The position numbers and the translations under genes are program-made. Under the pieces are notes generated by a model, which worked only from the letters and a program-made list of their open reading frames with translations, was not told the DNA's origin and did no database searches. Shown here piece by piece: positions 1 through 13,402 of a stretch of DNA of 64,000 nucleotides (the stretch's first letter is position 1; each line of letters begins with the position of its first letter). This DNA is from Lepidodermella squamata (lineage: Eukaryota > Animalia > Gastrotricha): contig JBLDXI010000032.1 in assembly GCA_047495785.1 (NCBI GenBank), positions 1,798,001 to 1,862,000 of the forward strand, given 5' to 3'.

Positions 1-516
1 GAACAATCAAATTGTCGGTTATAACAACACCCTTGCAGGATTGCAGAGTAGACTAGACGCTGCCGTTGCCGATACGATGAACCTTGAGTCGCAATGGAAT
101 CACATTAAAAACACGGCTGCCAAGAAAACACTGATGCTTGGGAAGATCAAGGTTGCGATCAACAACCTGTACGCTCTCGTTCAGCGCAACATCAATCTAC
201 CAACAACACTTCCGGGCGTTGATGAAGACGACGACAATGGCGACACTGGCGAAGGTGCTCCTGGCTTTGCTCAAACGCAAGACGAACAGCTTGACAGGGT
301 TGGTTATTGAATTTATCGTGATTACTCATGCATGTTATTATCTTGATCGCTAATTAGGTGCGCCAATACCTCGTCAATTTGAATGAAATTGTCGGCGAAG
401 TGAAACGAGTACAATCCCATGCTGTAACGACCGCACCTGTGTCAGAGGAATCGGGTCGCCAAACCAAAACGCCTAACCGCCGAGGTAACAAGAAGAGGGA
501 CCAGTCCTTCATGTAA
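1..516 (+). CDS. CCDC42: CCDC42/CFAP73-family coiled-coil protein, 3' end (runs off the window start)
   Basis: Contains HIKNTAAKKTLMLGKIKVAINNLY...EQLDR, resembling the CCDC42/CFAP73 C-terminus. Short GT-AG intron ending at 357; last exon VRQYLVNLNEIVGEVKR...FM, TAA at 514-516. Confidence 0.75.
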
Positions 517-1626
517 AAACTGAAATGATATTTTCAATATGAAATCATAAATTTTATGCGAGCACGCTGTGTTATTAGTCTCTTGCTCGTAATTTTTGTT
601 GTATGAATAAAGCGTTTTTTGCATACATAATGAATTTTGACTCAGGCGTAGCAAGTTAAACAAAAATTGTAGCGAGCCAGTTGTATTGCGAAACCAGAAA
701 AAATAGGCTATAGCTGGTTACTGAGAGCTCATCGTAATACTTCAAATATAACTGATGCGCTAAGCTTCCCGCTGTTTTTTTCTAGAAAGAGAGGCATCTG
801 CGGGCAATATAAATAATCCATCGCGCGCCTTATTTTTCAGCAACGAATATAACGAGCTCGGATTCCCGTTTGGATGAATAGACCGCAAACGCACGTCGCC
901 GTTTTAAATATAATTATGCTTATTATCCATCGGCCTTGTGCTCCCTTGTATTTTTTTACCCTGTAATATAAATGAATAGTTGCAATATGCTTGCTTGCTA
1001 AGGTGGATTTCGGATATAAAAGAATTGACCGTTTTTGACGTATCTTCTATTTATTATACTAACATTTCCAAACAATGTAAGTGGTTAGTTTGACAGAAGA
1101 TTTTGCCAATTTCTATCATAATAATTCACCTGGATAATAAGCGACTGCACACAGATTCCATGTGACTACATCAGAATTGTTGGCGGTGATCAAAATGATG
1201 ATGGCAAAGTTTATGTGAACACATCACTTGGATACGTTTGCATATGAATAGATATAAACATAATCGAAACACAGCAATCACGTGTGTATTATAGGGTTTG
1301 AATTACATTAATTCGAAGACTTGCTTAAAGCGTAATTTATAATAATAATAATACAGAACAACCTCACATATCGAAACGGGCACAGGCAAAAAATCAAAGT
1401 CGCGTTTACGTATGATCACACACAGTTAAACCTTGCATGATAATACGCGATGACGTGCTACGATTTATCCAGGAGGACGAAAAAGCGGACTACATGAAGA
1501 GAGGAAATTAAAATTTCGGCCTATTTTAGTCATTCACCTACAACTGATACAACATTTTGCGTGTTTTGATAATTTCTTTTGTGACGCTAGTTAAAATTTC
1601 ACCGTGCGTCGTCGTTTTACGAGGCT

Positions 1627-3438
1627 TTACGCGGACGAGGCGTCGAGGTCGAGGCCGAAGCCCAGCTTGTGGCCACCGTGCGAGAAGTTGCGCACATCGA
1701 CAAGGCCAGACAGGGTAAGCTTGATGCCCGGGCGCAGAGCCTGAACGTAGGCGATGCCTAGGTGGCTGTCGCTGGTCAGCTTCGTCTTGAGATGGGCGTC
1801 CTTGTCCAGCTGGTACTTGGCACCGAAGCTGAAGCGGGTACGGCCAGACGGGTTCAACCAGGCCAGGGTGGCTGCGCCTTCGAGGCGGTCGCTGATCTTG
1901 TGGTAGACCGAGCCTCCGTACTCCTGGCAGTCGTTGACGTAGGTATGGAGGGTGAAGTCCGAAGCGCAGTAGCCGAGGCTGAAGGCGTTGCGGGTCATCT
2001 TCGAGCGGAGCAAGTCCAGACCGACTTGAACACCACCCAACCAGCCGTTGTAGCCGACAACAGCTCCGGCGTTGGTGTTCGCGTTAGATAGGAATCCTCC
2101 GGTCGAGCCAGCGGCGGCCGGCGCCAAGTCAGTATCGATAGCGGCATGGACAAAGTCGTTCTTCAACGCAACCTTCACCTTGACGTTCTTCTTGCTATTA
2201 ATAAAAATAAGAAAAGTTAATGATGCGGAAAACAAATTGGTAGAAGTTAGTATTAAAAATTAGATTCAGAAGAGATAATGCGTGAAGTGGGGCGTACCAA
2301 CTTTCGGACGGTTCAGACGCGGCCTTGAAGCGCCCTCGAACGTCAACTCGACACTGCAATTTCTCAAAAGACGGGAACGAGGTTTTGTGCGATGCGTTCA
2401 CGCCGACTTGTCGCACTATTGACAAGTTGCTTTGCGCAAATAGAGACATGTTTAATCATTTGGTAACACTCGTGCCACCATCGGCAACAGCTGAATCAGC
2501 CGATTAACGAGTGGGTTGCCTTTATAGACGGACCACGTTCGGAATCAATAACGCAGCTGGTTTCGGCTTCGCTGCGCCTTATATAGTGTGCACCATCAAT
2601 GCCCGCAACGACACACGTGAGTTTGGGTGCGCTTCCCGGCGGGGCATTATTAGCGCCTTACAAAGCAAAGATGTGGGACGCCGCGTAATAGACGCCAATC
2701 ATTTCAATATGTAAACAATCTCTTTACAGAAAACCTCAATGTAAACGACAAGATGACCCTAAGAAACTCGCTGCGCGGAAAATTTATGGTGTCAACTGCG
2801 TACATCTTTTCAGTGGTCAGCTATTGACGGCGATTTCGGAGCGAACTCTCGGGGCATTGAAAGAGGCATTTCAAAGAACACGCAGCAGACTTCAAGAGAA
2901 CGCCGGAGTAGCATCAATTGACAAGACAAAACAAATAGGTCATAGTATATCGGGGTATCGTGAAATAAACTCCACGGAAATAGAAAGCGGTTTAAAAAAA
3001 AATGAAAGCTTACTCGGTAACAGGAGACAGAGCGGTTTCAAGGCCGACCTTCAAGCCCTTGACAAGCTTGTCTTCGACGGTGGCTTCCGTGGTGATGACA
3101 TTATCAGTGTTCCACTTTTCGGAAACCGAGATACCTGAGAAAAAACGCGTGATGCCTTTTCTTTAGAGTAAATTAGAACGAGCATACCGTGTTCCTTCCA
3201 AGCATGCTTGGTTTCGAGATGGCCGTAAGCGGCACCAGTGTCATGGCACTGGCTACCTTCGACCTTGAACTCAACACCGCTCTTTGACTTGGTAGTGGCA
3301 TTGACCTTCCAGGAGCCGTAGTCTATAGCAATAAAATTAGTAAAGCGAATGACTTCTGCATAATTACTTACTGAAGTCCTTTGACAGCAAGTCGCGGGAA
3401 ACCTTGCCAAGATCTGCGAAGTTCGGTGGAATCGGCAT
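1627..3438 (-). CDS. VDAC: Voltage-dependent anion channel (mitochondrial porin), 4 coding exons
   Basis: Exons 3438-3372 (MPIPPNFADLGKVSRDLLSKDF), 3322-3188, 3134-3014 (SEKWNTDN) and 2194-1627 (...YVQALRPGIKLTLS...GGHKLGFGLDL). All junctions GT-AG and in frame. Confidence 0.96.
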
Positions 3439-5010
3439 TGTGATTAATTAGCAGTGGGATAAATAACGGCTTATATAATAATAACTTATTTCCTACCATT
3501 AAATGCAGAAGTCATAGGAGCGTGTTCACAACGGGGGCAATTTGCTGGCATGGCAGCGAAAAAAAGCAAAAGCGTGAATAAGAGAACAGTAACCAATCAT
3601 TACATACAAACATGACACTGGTTAGCAGCTTGCATATTATAGATAATAACGGGTGGGAAATGGCGTTTTAAAAATATTCAAATTCAAAAAACTGCTAACT
3701 GCTTGGCACGACTTAACCTAGATATCGACTAGCAGCAATACGACGTCCTGAAATACCTCGTACACGTATCAAATAAGCAGTTGCCTGCTGCCTACAAGCG
3801 CTAATGCAAGGGCTGAAAGCAGATTGAGTCAGTTCAAATACTAAAGTTTTGATTAACAGTTAAAATACAAGAGAAGAAAACAGTTCAACGGTCGACGCTT
3901 GTGGTTTAGGCCCTGAAATCCTATGTCCCATAAAACACGTGAATTCAGTAGCTAAATGAAAATAAAAAGGAAAGTAATTTACAGATACCGCAATGCATTA
4001 CATGCTCAAAGCAGGATTGTCAGTTTAGCAAAAAATCATTATGTATCGTGTAGCAATTAACCATGTCCTATTTCTCAGATGCCAAGAAACACGAATATAC
4101 ACTCAAAATAGCGTCGCTTCTGCGCTATTTTCGCATCAGTAAATTTGTTATAATAACACAGTATCTAGCAGTAGCAACAGGTGCTGGGCAGTAGCCCTCA
4201 CCTGCGCAAGAGCCCACCGTAAGAGGGCATTGATGCCGAAGGGCCATTCAACTTACCGCCGCGCGATGTGAAACCGCCTCGTTTTTAGCATCAAGCGCGC
4301 GCCACTTGCAAAACTTGACAGATATTAATCATAATTTGATTAAATAGATATTAAGCATACAATATTGTATGCAATAGGAAATATTTTTTAAAGCATGCTA
4401 GAAAAGCGCGCGATCAAAGTGTCCGCTGTCGCTGGTTCAGGGCTCGGGCGCCGCTAACGGCAGGCTTTTTACGTGCGGGTGCCGGGCGCCGTTGTGTTGC
4501 TGGGCGTTAATCTGCCTCCAAAAACTCGCCAGGACCTTCGTACCATTGCGTGATCATAGATTTACCTTGGTAAATTTCAAATTGAAGGTATCTTTTGGCT
4601 GCGGACGTCGTGGGAGCAGGCTGGAGCAGAAAAAGTGGATGGATGGATTATGGATTTAAAGCCCAATCACCATTTACCATCTCTGGTGGTAGCCATGGGC
4701 TGAGGGTTGATATGATAGAGCAGCCCGCTCATCACAAGTGATGGTTTTCACGGGTGCTATCCGTCAGAATTAATTTATGATGTGTTGAAGCTCGAGGCTG
4801 AAAGAGAGCAATACGAAGTGGTTTAATCACGTAGCAAAGCAGGGCATTGCACGTATCGCCATTGCTTGATTGCTTGAGCTGACCTTGATCACCATTTTTA
4901 CTTTCATTTCGTCGCTAGAAATTAGAGGAAGCAATACCCGTTCGTACGATGTTCACTTGTAAATAGGAGAATGTTTCTGTGCCTAGGAATTTACTGTTAC
5001 TGTCAACATT

Positions 5011-5873
5011 ATGTCTGCTGCTGAACCAGACTTTGAACGTCTTGCTGCGGCTCAGCCTTCGACTGGTGCCGGCCCGCAACCTAACACTTCTGTGAAACAC
5101 CCTCTTCAGAACCGTTGGACGTTTTGGTACAAGCAACCTCAGTCCGGCAAGAGTGCTGATTGGTCGAAAGCTTTAGTGAAAATAGTCGATATCGATACCG
5201 TTGAAGACTTCTGGGCGTTAGTCTCTTCTGTCGAGTGATGCTGAATTTTATAAAACTTGAACTATCGTTTTAGGTTGATCAACAACGTGAAAGATCCTGC
5301 TAGCCTTCAAAACAACAGTTCATATATGCTCTTCAAGGTTAGTTGTAAAACATTTTGAAACATTGAAAACACTATTATCTCTCTAGACTACAACGTTACC
5401 CGAATGGGAACACCCCGACAATGCCAACGGTTTAAAAGTCGAAATCCCTGTCCCACCGAAATTGGCCATGAATAAATCTGTAAATGATATGTGGGAAGAA
5501 CTTCTCATGGTCTTGATCGGCGAGCAACTTGGAAATGCATCTGAGTATATCAACGGTGCGTGGGTCAATATTCGTGCGAAAGGCAATCGCTTCGAAATCT
5601 GGATTAAGCAATCTTTACCCAAAGAACTTCTCAGCGAAATGTGGTATGTTGAGATTTTCAATTTAAGGGGTACTTGAACGGCGTATTCTTTTTGTAGCAT
5701 CGGTCTTAAAGGTCTCCTACAAGAAGCTCCATCTCTCTCATCGGTTGGCAATGCGCTCAGAATCACTTGCACGGTAAATTCACGCATATTATTTACTGCG
5801 TTTGGTATAATTCAATTTTTGATACATTCTACAGCGATTAGGCGGAAATAACGATACTTTGTTCGAATGTTAG
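5011..5873 (+). CDS. eIF4E: eIF4E-family cap-binding protein, divergent, 5 exons
   Basis: KHPLQNRWTFWY, DTVEDFWA, YMLFK, PEWEHPDN, LIGEQL and NIRAKGNRFEIW motifs. Last exon 5835-5873 ends in TAG. Confidence 0.9.
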
Positions 5874-7766
5874 TCAGTTTTTATCGGTCCGTGGTATTCC
5901 AATTCGAATCAAGTGCAAAAGCCCGGCTTCTTATGAAACGCTCTTTCTACAATTGGTGTCGTTGCCATTTATTGAAAACATTTTCGCTGACGAGTGTCTT
6001 CAGTGTGCACGCTTACCACAAGCAAAGACATTGAATTTGTATGTATACTATTATGATGCATATGAAAATATAAATACGTTCTATGTTGGGGGTTCTTGAA
6101 GCGGTTCAAATTCTCTATTAGTTTTTTTCCCTTCTGCGTACTAGTTGCAATAGAATCATTGAATGATATGAGACCCGTTTTCGTTTTGTACAGTTTGTCT
6201 TGATCGACGCTCAAGCGTCCCAAATCGTACACATCTTGTCTTCTTGAGAGAAACTGATGTACTGCTCTTATTAAAGCTAAAATGAATGTTCTTAATGAAT
6301 GAAGGTGAATACGTCTTGAGCCTTTGATATAAAAAAGCATTAAAAATTCGAAAAGGCTGGTTTGATATTCCACACTACGCTTTCGCTCACTGCGACTACC
6401 GATGGTTATCATTATTAATATTATTATTATTATTTACTACGTTGCTATGTATTCTGAGTCTGCGAGTCGCCAGATCGCATTCTTTCCGACTCAGCTGAAA
6501 ATGAGTGAGCGGGACCGGCTGATAGCGATTTCTCAGATTAAACATAATAAAAGACAAATGTCGTAAATACGTATAGTTTATTGTTGTTGTTTTCGTCTTC
6601 CAAATTCAATTGTGTAAGCTTCAGTCAAACACGAACAGAACATTACAACATAATTCGCGCATTAAAAGACATCCCAAAATTATATTTTTGTTGCTTTCCA
6701 TGTGATGAAGATAATAATAATTAATATGACGGTTCCGGTATTTTACAGAAGTGCGCCTCAGGGCACATGCGCATAAGTTAGGTATCTGGGCGCAGAGGAA
6801 GTTAGGGTTATTATTCATGTGGGATAAGGAGTGAACGGAAGTAAATCAGAAACTCGTTTCAAAAAAGCATTTCAGGTGTGACGTCGGCATTTAAAAGCGC
6901 TAAAATAGCCCACTCCACTGAATCAATTAATACAATTCGAATAAATGAAAAAACTATTGCAATAATTTTTCTAATTATAGAAATATATCATCAAGTCGTG
7001 AGAATAATATTAACATTTGCTTTTACTTGGGCACAGATGAATGGGCGATAGCTATAAAGTGATTGCGCGTGTCATCTTTTTGAGAAAAAATAAACGAACG
7101 AACACGTTTGCCTCTACTTGAATAAAACTATCACGCAGACTATTTCTCAAGCTGGATTTACGCAGTCATAGAATAATAATAAAGATTATATATGCATAAC
7201 AGTTGATCCACGAAAATTGTTATTGTTGCGATTAGAGCTAAGAAGTGAGTGTGCGGTCTCGCGCCAGCGATTGGAATCATCGCGAGAGTTCCACGGACTA
7301 CGAAAAGAGACGCAAATCGACAATATCGATATAGGTATAAGTAGTAATCAAAGTATAAACAGTTTTTTCCAACTAAGTTATTATTATTTGGAGCTTTCAA
7401 TTGAAAATAATCACGTTTTTGCTGATAGAATTTCGTGCAACGATGAAAAAGGTGGTTTATTGACTCGTCTCCCCGAAATTGTTTGCGTTAGCAAGTAAGC
7501 CCTGAAGAGCTTTCTGAATGAATAATAATAATAGTAATAGAGATAAGTCGCATTTCCCCCAAGTGACGAATATACGATTAAAATCCTCGGCAATCGGATT
7601 TTTGACAATACAAGGTTACAGTAATAAAGTTGGTCACAACAGTGAACAAAGCGCAAAGAAAGAAGAGCAAGAACTTTAATAACAGTAGTAGTACTTTTAG
7701 TAGAAGAAGATTTTCAGTGAAAACATTTGTTTCGAAGGTGTTATTTTAAAGACTCCCGATAAAATT

Positions 7767-10700
7767 TCAAGCTAGAAAAGGGTTCGTCGTTGCATTGGCA
7801 GGTGGGCGCATCGACCCGCTGGGAGTGCCGTACATCGGCGTGGCCGCGCTCATCGGCATCATCGGCGCCTGTTGGCCACCAGCCGCCGGGGTTGGTTGCA
7901 GGAGTCCGGAGAACCCGACCGGGGCGTAGCCCGCGCCGTACTGCGGCTGGTCTTGCTGAGCGAGCCGGCCGATCGGCATCTTATTCTGGTGCGAAGTCTG
8001 CGCCGAAAACGGGTTAGCAGTCTGGTTCGAGCCGGTAGTTAGCGCGAACGGGTTCGATGTTTTGAAGGATACCTGCGACTGAACCAGCTGGTCGAGGTTA
8101 ACCAGCCGCGCGTTGTCGCCCAGAAAGTCTTGCGCCGTTTTCGGACGGGGTGGTTGCGGGTTCGCTGGCAAGTTATTCACCCCATTGTTGTTGCCGCCGA
8201 TCGAAAGGTGCTCAAACGACCCGGATAACTGGTTTGAATTATCATTGCCGCCGAACAAGCCGATCGGCTGTGAGTGGGAGACGGGTGAGACGCCCTGGCT
8301 GCGGGTCTGGTGGCTACTGTCGGGTTTCAGCGGGGAGGCCCATGGGTCGCTCGAAATAACAGCAGCGGCTGCGATACTGGGAGCGGCGGGTGCCGGGGCG
8401 GCCCACGGGTCTGGCGCGGCAGCGTACCGGTTCGGCTCGGGAGCAGCAGGAACCGAACCCCACGGGTCCGACGAGGTGGTTCGTGAAGCTGAGGCAGCAG
8501 CTACCGGCATAGTCGCAGCTTGGCTGGGTCCACTTGCCCATGGGTCGGCAGCAGCAGCAGCTGGAGGGGAGGCTGTGAAACAAAATAATTGGTTTCAATA
8601 GGCAGTTAATACCAATAAAATTTGCTACTAGATGAATTACAAATAAACCCACAAAAGCTCGTATAAAAATCATCGATTAACTATCAGACTATCAATTGCG
8701 AAATTTGTCAATTTTTTATAGCCAAAACCCTGGATTTACTGCCGCAAAATTTAGCCTTTGGCGTGAGTTTTCTTCGATTCTCCAATCTTATTCGAAATCA
8801 TTTAGCATCAGTCTTAATCAAAATAACGTCGACTATTGGTTTTGCATTTTCTAGAAAGATTATTCATTTTCAGATATTATTCATAGGCAACATCAGCAAG
8901 CAAAACATGAATAGAGCTATTATTCTAATGCGCCTATTTACTGAATGATGATTCATCAAGTCATAATAGACTGTACCTACAATTTGACCTAGATTTTCGC
9001 CCCTAAAAGCCTGCCAAGTTGGGTGCACCATAATATAGCAACTGATCAGAATGGGTTTCTCCTTTTTCTCGAAGAATTATGATCCAACTTAATTAAATGA
9101 TTTGTTTCGGAACTTTTTTAATAATTGACAATGAACAATGAAACTTACAAAATGGGTCGCCGAAACTCTGATTGGCGCCGGTTGATCGAAGTGGAGTGTT
9201 GCCAAAGCTGGGCGCTGCTGATGGCCCCGCGCCCCAAGGGTCGGTCGACTGGAATGGGGCTTGTTGGTAGCTGGAACCGCCGAACGCGCCCTTGGGCTGA
9301 AAGTCTGACGTAACATCGACTAGAGATGGCTGGATAACGGCAAACAAAAAAATTAATTAAACAACAAATAATTACCGTCAACAAATGTTACGAGGCAAAA
9401 TAATGAGGTTACAAATGAGAAGTAGAATTAGATCGTGGAACACCTTTTGTTTAGCGTTTCAACCTGCAGTGAGCCCGCTGCTAAAATGCTAAATGCTTTG
9501 TTAACTCTGCGCCGGCTGTCAAGTACTGAACAAAAGCAACATAAGTGCACGTTGTTAATAATGATTTAGACGCAAAATTTTTGCAAGGTAACGCAAAGTT
9601 TTAGTATAATTCCACCGCGAAAAAGAACACCATAACAAAATAACGCTCGTAAAAGTTCAGTAATAATATGAATAATTTAATATTAAGCCCAAAAGCACAA
9701 GGTGAGCGCTACAGCAAAGTGATGATCACTTAAAGTAAACAAGATCGAAAGAAACACCACCGGTGCATAAAAAATTTGGGCCTAGATCAACTCACCACAG
9801 AGCCAGCTCGTCGCCGGTACTAAGAGACCATAGCATTGAGGTTAAATTATAATGTGAGGCATTCAATATATTTAAAACGTGATTTTTTCACGATGAAAAA
9901 TCAATTTCTGGACGCTAGGCATAGATTCAAACGGCAAAAATTACCTCGTTTTGGCTTTGTTCAAGAGCCATTTCAAGCCGAAGATTGTCGTTCTGAATCT
10001 TCTTCACATCGCGATCGTGCTCTTCTTTGCTGAGCGCGAGTGCCAATTGCAGCTGCAGTTCTTCCTCGCCGGCTGTTTGCGGCCGAGCAATTTCCAATTC
10101 GTTGGACAGTTTCCGCGCCGCAGCACCCGCCTGAGGCCGGCTGCTTGAGCCTGCGCTTTCACGGCCCAGTTCATAAGTGCTCTGACTGCCTGTGAGTCCA
10201 GTCTGAAAATGACGACGAAAAATTTATCAAAAAATCCAGCTTAATTTAGCTGCCCGAAAAAAATAGACAAAGCGGGTGTGAGTGCGGATGGCAAGCGTTT
10301 GTGCGCAGGTGTATATATATACGGAAAAGCAGGTAGAAAGCATCCCGAAGAGAGCGAAAAACAAGGGACAAACATGTGACCGCGAGGAAGGCTGCAGGCT
10401 ATTGCGGCCACCGCCTGGGGTGCCCGACGCCGCACCGCCGTCCATGCCATCGATAGGAACCGAGTTGGCACTGGAAGGTCGTGGAGGCTGGCCGTTACCG
10501 AACTCGTCACCCAACTCCTAGCCACGCCAAACGATGTTGTGGAAAGCAAATCACGCATAGATAAAAGGGAGACAAACAACAACAAACAATGCATTTAATG
10601 AAGCAACAAATTAAATTCAGGTGTTAAATTTTTTACAAGGCGAGACACTACGTTTAAGCAACGCAATTAGGGTTTTAGAGGACAACATTCAGGGTGAGAG

Positions 10701-11277
10701 ACAACTAAAATTTAGCGAAAAATTGCTGGTTATAACATACCCCGTGGCTGCCGTAATTGTGTCGCATCCGATCACGGGCTTTCATCGCTTTTTGCCTCTC
10801 GTTCTTCAAGCGATCGTCGTCTTTCAACAACGCGACCAACTGCTTCGCCCGTTCTCGCACATTTTTACCCTGGTCCTTCTCCGCCTCCCAGTACTGGAAA
10901 GTTGTCAGTGTTTCTATGGCATAAATATTTTCTTTGCATTGCTGGGCGACTTTGTCATTTCCGGTCTGAAAAATGCGAAAATAATAGCTAAATATTCCAC
11001 CTTAATTAAAATTATTTCTTACTTTGACGAGGTAATCTAGAAGGACTAGTGCCTTGTAAACATGTCGCCAGTTTTTGCCGTGGTCGTTAATTCGACGCCA
11101 GATCATCTGCATAATTTCGCCGAAAGCAACCACGTTATTTGTCATCTCGGCGATTTGCGTCATCAAGGTGGAGGACGGACCCCATGGATCGTTCGACGTC
11201 GCCTCACGCACTTTCACCTGCGCCTCGCTGTAGTTGTAGACAAAGTTTTTGAAATTCCGCCGCACTGTTGTGGCCAT
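7767..11277 (-). CDS. EPN: Epsin (ENTH domain, two UIMs, DPW repeats, NPF motifs)
   Basis: ENTH domain (NYSEAQVKVREATSNDPWGP...GKNWRHVYKAL); UIM (EEELQLQLALALSKEE); DPW repeats; LVNLD clathrin box; three NPF motifs ending TNPFLA. About 6-7 exons. Confidence 0.95.
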
Positions 11278-11644
11278 ATTGTTGGGTCGAAATAGTAAAA
11301 AACGGTCAAGACAAGCTAGCTAAGATGTGACGAATAATTTAATTAGTGTCTTCAATATCAACAAATGTTTAAAACATTTGATTCTAAAAATATAAAAACA
11401 CGCAATAATTATTATTATTCAGGTAATCGAAACTAGAAGGGAGCTTTATTCGGCGAATAACAATAAGAGTGCGTTGAATGTGTTATTACGACACATCTCT
11501 CGAATAATCATCTTGACTTAAACAACCTAATGCGATTGGTATAGAATACCAGGTATTGTAAGTTCAACTCGGGTTGCCTGTAATTAACACATGTTTCGGC
11601 CAATAACTTGTTGTTATCGTCGCAATCGTATTTCGTCGGGTTTT

Positions 11645-12100
11645 TTACATGCCGTAACGGGAACGGCACTGCTTCCACGCGTCCTGAAAGCCTTGGCACA
11701 AGGTGATGTCAGCCTGGCCCTTCGAACAAGTCAAAAACTGGTCAAGCTCGTAGCTGCAAACGTCTTGCTGTTGTGGTTGTTGGTAAGGCTGGGGCGCGAC
11801 TGGTTGCTGAGCAGCGGCCACGGCCGGCTCGCTATTTCCACCGCCGCTTCCGGTCAAGGCATGGCCGATGGTGTGACCAACCGCAGAACCGACCGCCACA
11901 CCGGCGGCTGTGGTCGCCATCTGGGCGAAGAGACCGGGTTGACGGGGAGCAGCCATAGCCGACGGGGCCTGCTGCATCGGCATCGGAGCGGCTTGAGGAG
12001 CCACGGCAGGCGCTGTTTGACGAACCGGGGCAGCCGGGGCCGGAGCCGATCGGCCACTTGACATCGTACGGCCACCTCCACCACCACTACGGCGCGGCAT
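11645..12100 (-). CDS. CHCHD2: CHCHD2/CHCHD10 (Mix17) mitochondrial protein, intronless
   Basis: QPGLFAQMATTAAGVAVGSAVGHTIGHALTG helix plus twin CX9C motifs. Confidence 0.95.
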   Translation of the reverse strand: MPRRSGGGGGRTMSSGRSAPAPAAPVRQTAPAVAPQAAPMPMQQAPSAMAAPRQPGLFAQMATTAAGVAVGSAVGHTIGHALTGSGGGNSEPAVAAAQQPVAPQPYQQPQQQDVCSYELDQFLTCSKGQADITLCQGFQDAWKQCRSRYGM

Positions 12101-12433
12101 TGTAAAAATTAAAATTCAACTGTTTCAAAAATCTAAAAATAGTTAATAACAATTATGCGAAAGCAATCTTTACTATATTATAGTTGATTCGTCATAACTT
12201 TAACTTTAAAAGACCAATGGCAAGTAGTAGAAATCATGAAGAAATAAACATGCACCCTTGATATCAACGAAAAATCAGTAGGAGCACGATTACCGCTTTT
12301 AGTGGTAGAAATCATTAAACCGATCAAAATTGCATTTCCCACAAAAAAAACATAGTCATAAAGATGAGCAGGTGTATTTTGAATACACCAGTGCTATTTG
12401 AAAAATGAAAATGTGTATCACCGATTTTAGAAG

Positions 12434-13402
12434 TTACTTCATTTTAACATCGCGAGTAAAGTCGTACTCAATTGTCGGGATGACTGCTTGCATGAATTTA
12501 AGGAAGACAATGAGGTACAAATGAACCCCAATGGATTGTGCTTGAGCGTCGCCCGACTGACTTTCGAGCGATGACATCGCTTGAACAAGGCGCTTCATCA
12601 CTTCTGCATGACGACATGGATGAATCGAGGCCATGGTGACTTGGCCTGGTAGGTGCGGGTGGCTTTCCATCGTTACAGTTTTATCAGCGTGTTCTTCGCT
12701 GATGTCCTCGAACATTTCCCGCTGCGTCAACAACTTTTTGCTCTCACTGTAACCAACAAGCCACATTCTGGGGGTGTGGTAGTAGTTATCGTAGGTGATA
12801 TACAAGTCATAAGTCCGAACTTGTTCAACCGCTCCGTTATCAACGGCGCTAGCAGTAAAAGAACCAGCATTAGCGCGATTCAACGCGTTTGCAGGATCGT
12901 TATCTTCGATTTCGGCAGACTGTTCAAAATCTTCCAGCTCAACAGGTGGCAAGCTTTCGTTATCACTGTCTTCAGCAGGAGCTACTGGTGCAGAGGCTGT
13001 TTCGGCAGGTTTGGCAGCAGTTTCATCAGGCAACGCATGTGTCTCTTGCGTGGAACCTTGAGTGCCATGCGTAGCAACCCATCCTCCATCAGGATCAGCG
13101 TCTGAATCAACTATCTGTTCCATGGCAGCAGCATCATAACTGCCCAAAACTTGCTTAATTCGCCGATAACATGGAACAGAGCGAGTTACGAGAAACTGTT
13201 TATCATTAGGAAGATAGCTCTTCAATTTAGCAGAATCGCCAGCAGCCCACTGCCAAGTGGGGCAATGATAAACCAAATGATCACCCGCCGCAACAAATTC
13301 CTCCGGGGTGAGAACTCCGTTTTCCGCAAATTGGGAGCTGGTAAGCACGGAAACTAGATGCTCGCCAGCAAACGCGATCGCTTTCTGTTTAATTGAGTTC
13401 AT
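12434..13402 (-). CDS. ATG3: Autophagy E2-like enzyme ATG3, intronless
   Basis: GVLTPEEFVAAGDHLVYHCPTWQW, RTYDLYITYDNYYHTPRMWL, catalytic HPC(RHA), FLKFMQAVIPTIEYDFT. Confidence 0.97.
   Translation of the reverse strand: MNSIKQKAIAFAGEHLVSVLTSSQFAENGVLTPEEFVAAGDHLVYHCPTWQWAAGDSAKLKSYLPNDKQFLVTRSVPCYRRIKQVLGSYDAAAMEQIVDSDADPDGGWVATHGTQGSTQETHALPDETAAKPAETASAPVAPAEDSDNESLPPVELEDFEQSAEIEDNDPANALNRANAGSFTASAVDNGAVEQVRTYDLYITYDNYYHTPRMWLVGYSESKKLLTQREMFEDISEEHADKTVTMESHPHLPGQVTMASIHPCRHAEVMKRLVQAMSSLESQSGDAQAQSIGVHLYLIVFLKFMQAVIPTIEYDFTRDVKMK

Noticed and set aside
5969-7700. Several 60-150 aa ORFs between eIF4E and epsin
   Set aside because: AT-rich, low-complexity and without motifs or splice support; probably convergent 3' UTRs.
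9440-9530. Additional epsin microexon candidates
   Set aside because: Candidate acceptors lead to stops or lack a convincing in-frame donor.
12220-12390. Possible C/D snoRNA or terminator hairpin (GGTGTATT-ttg-AATACACC; repeated atgatttcta) between ATG3 and CHCHD2
   Set aside because: No perfect C box or identifiable guide sequence; an 8-bp hairpin is plausible by chance.
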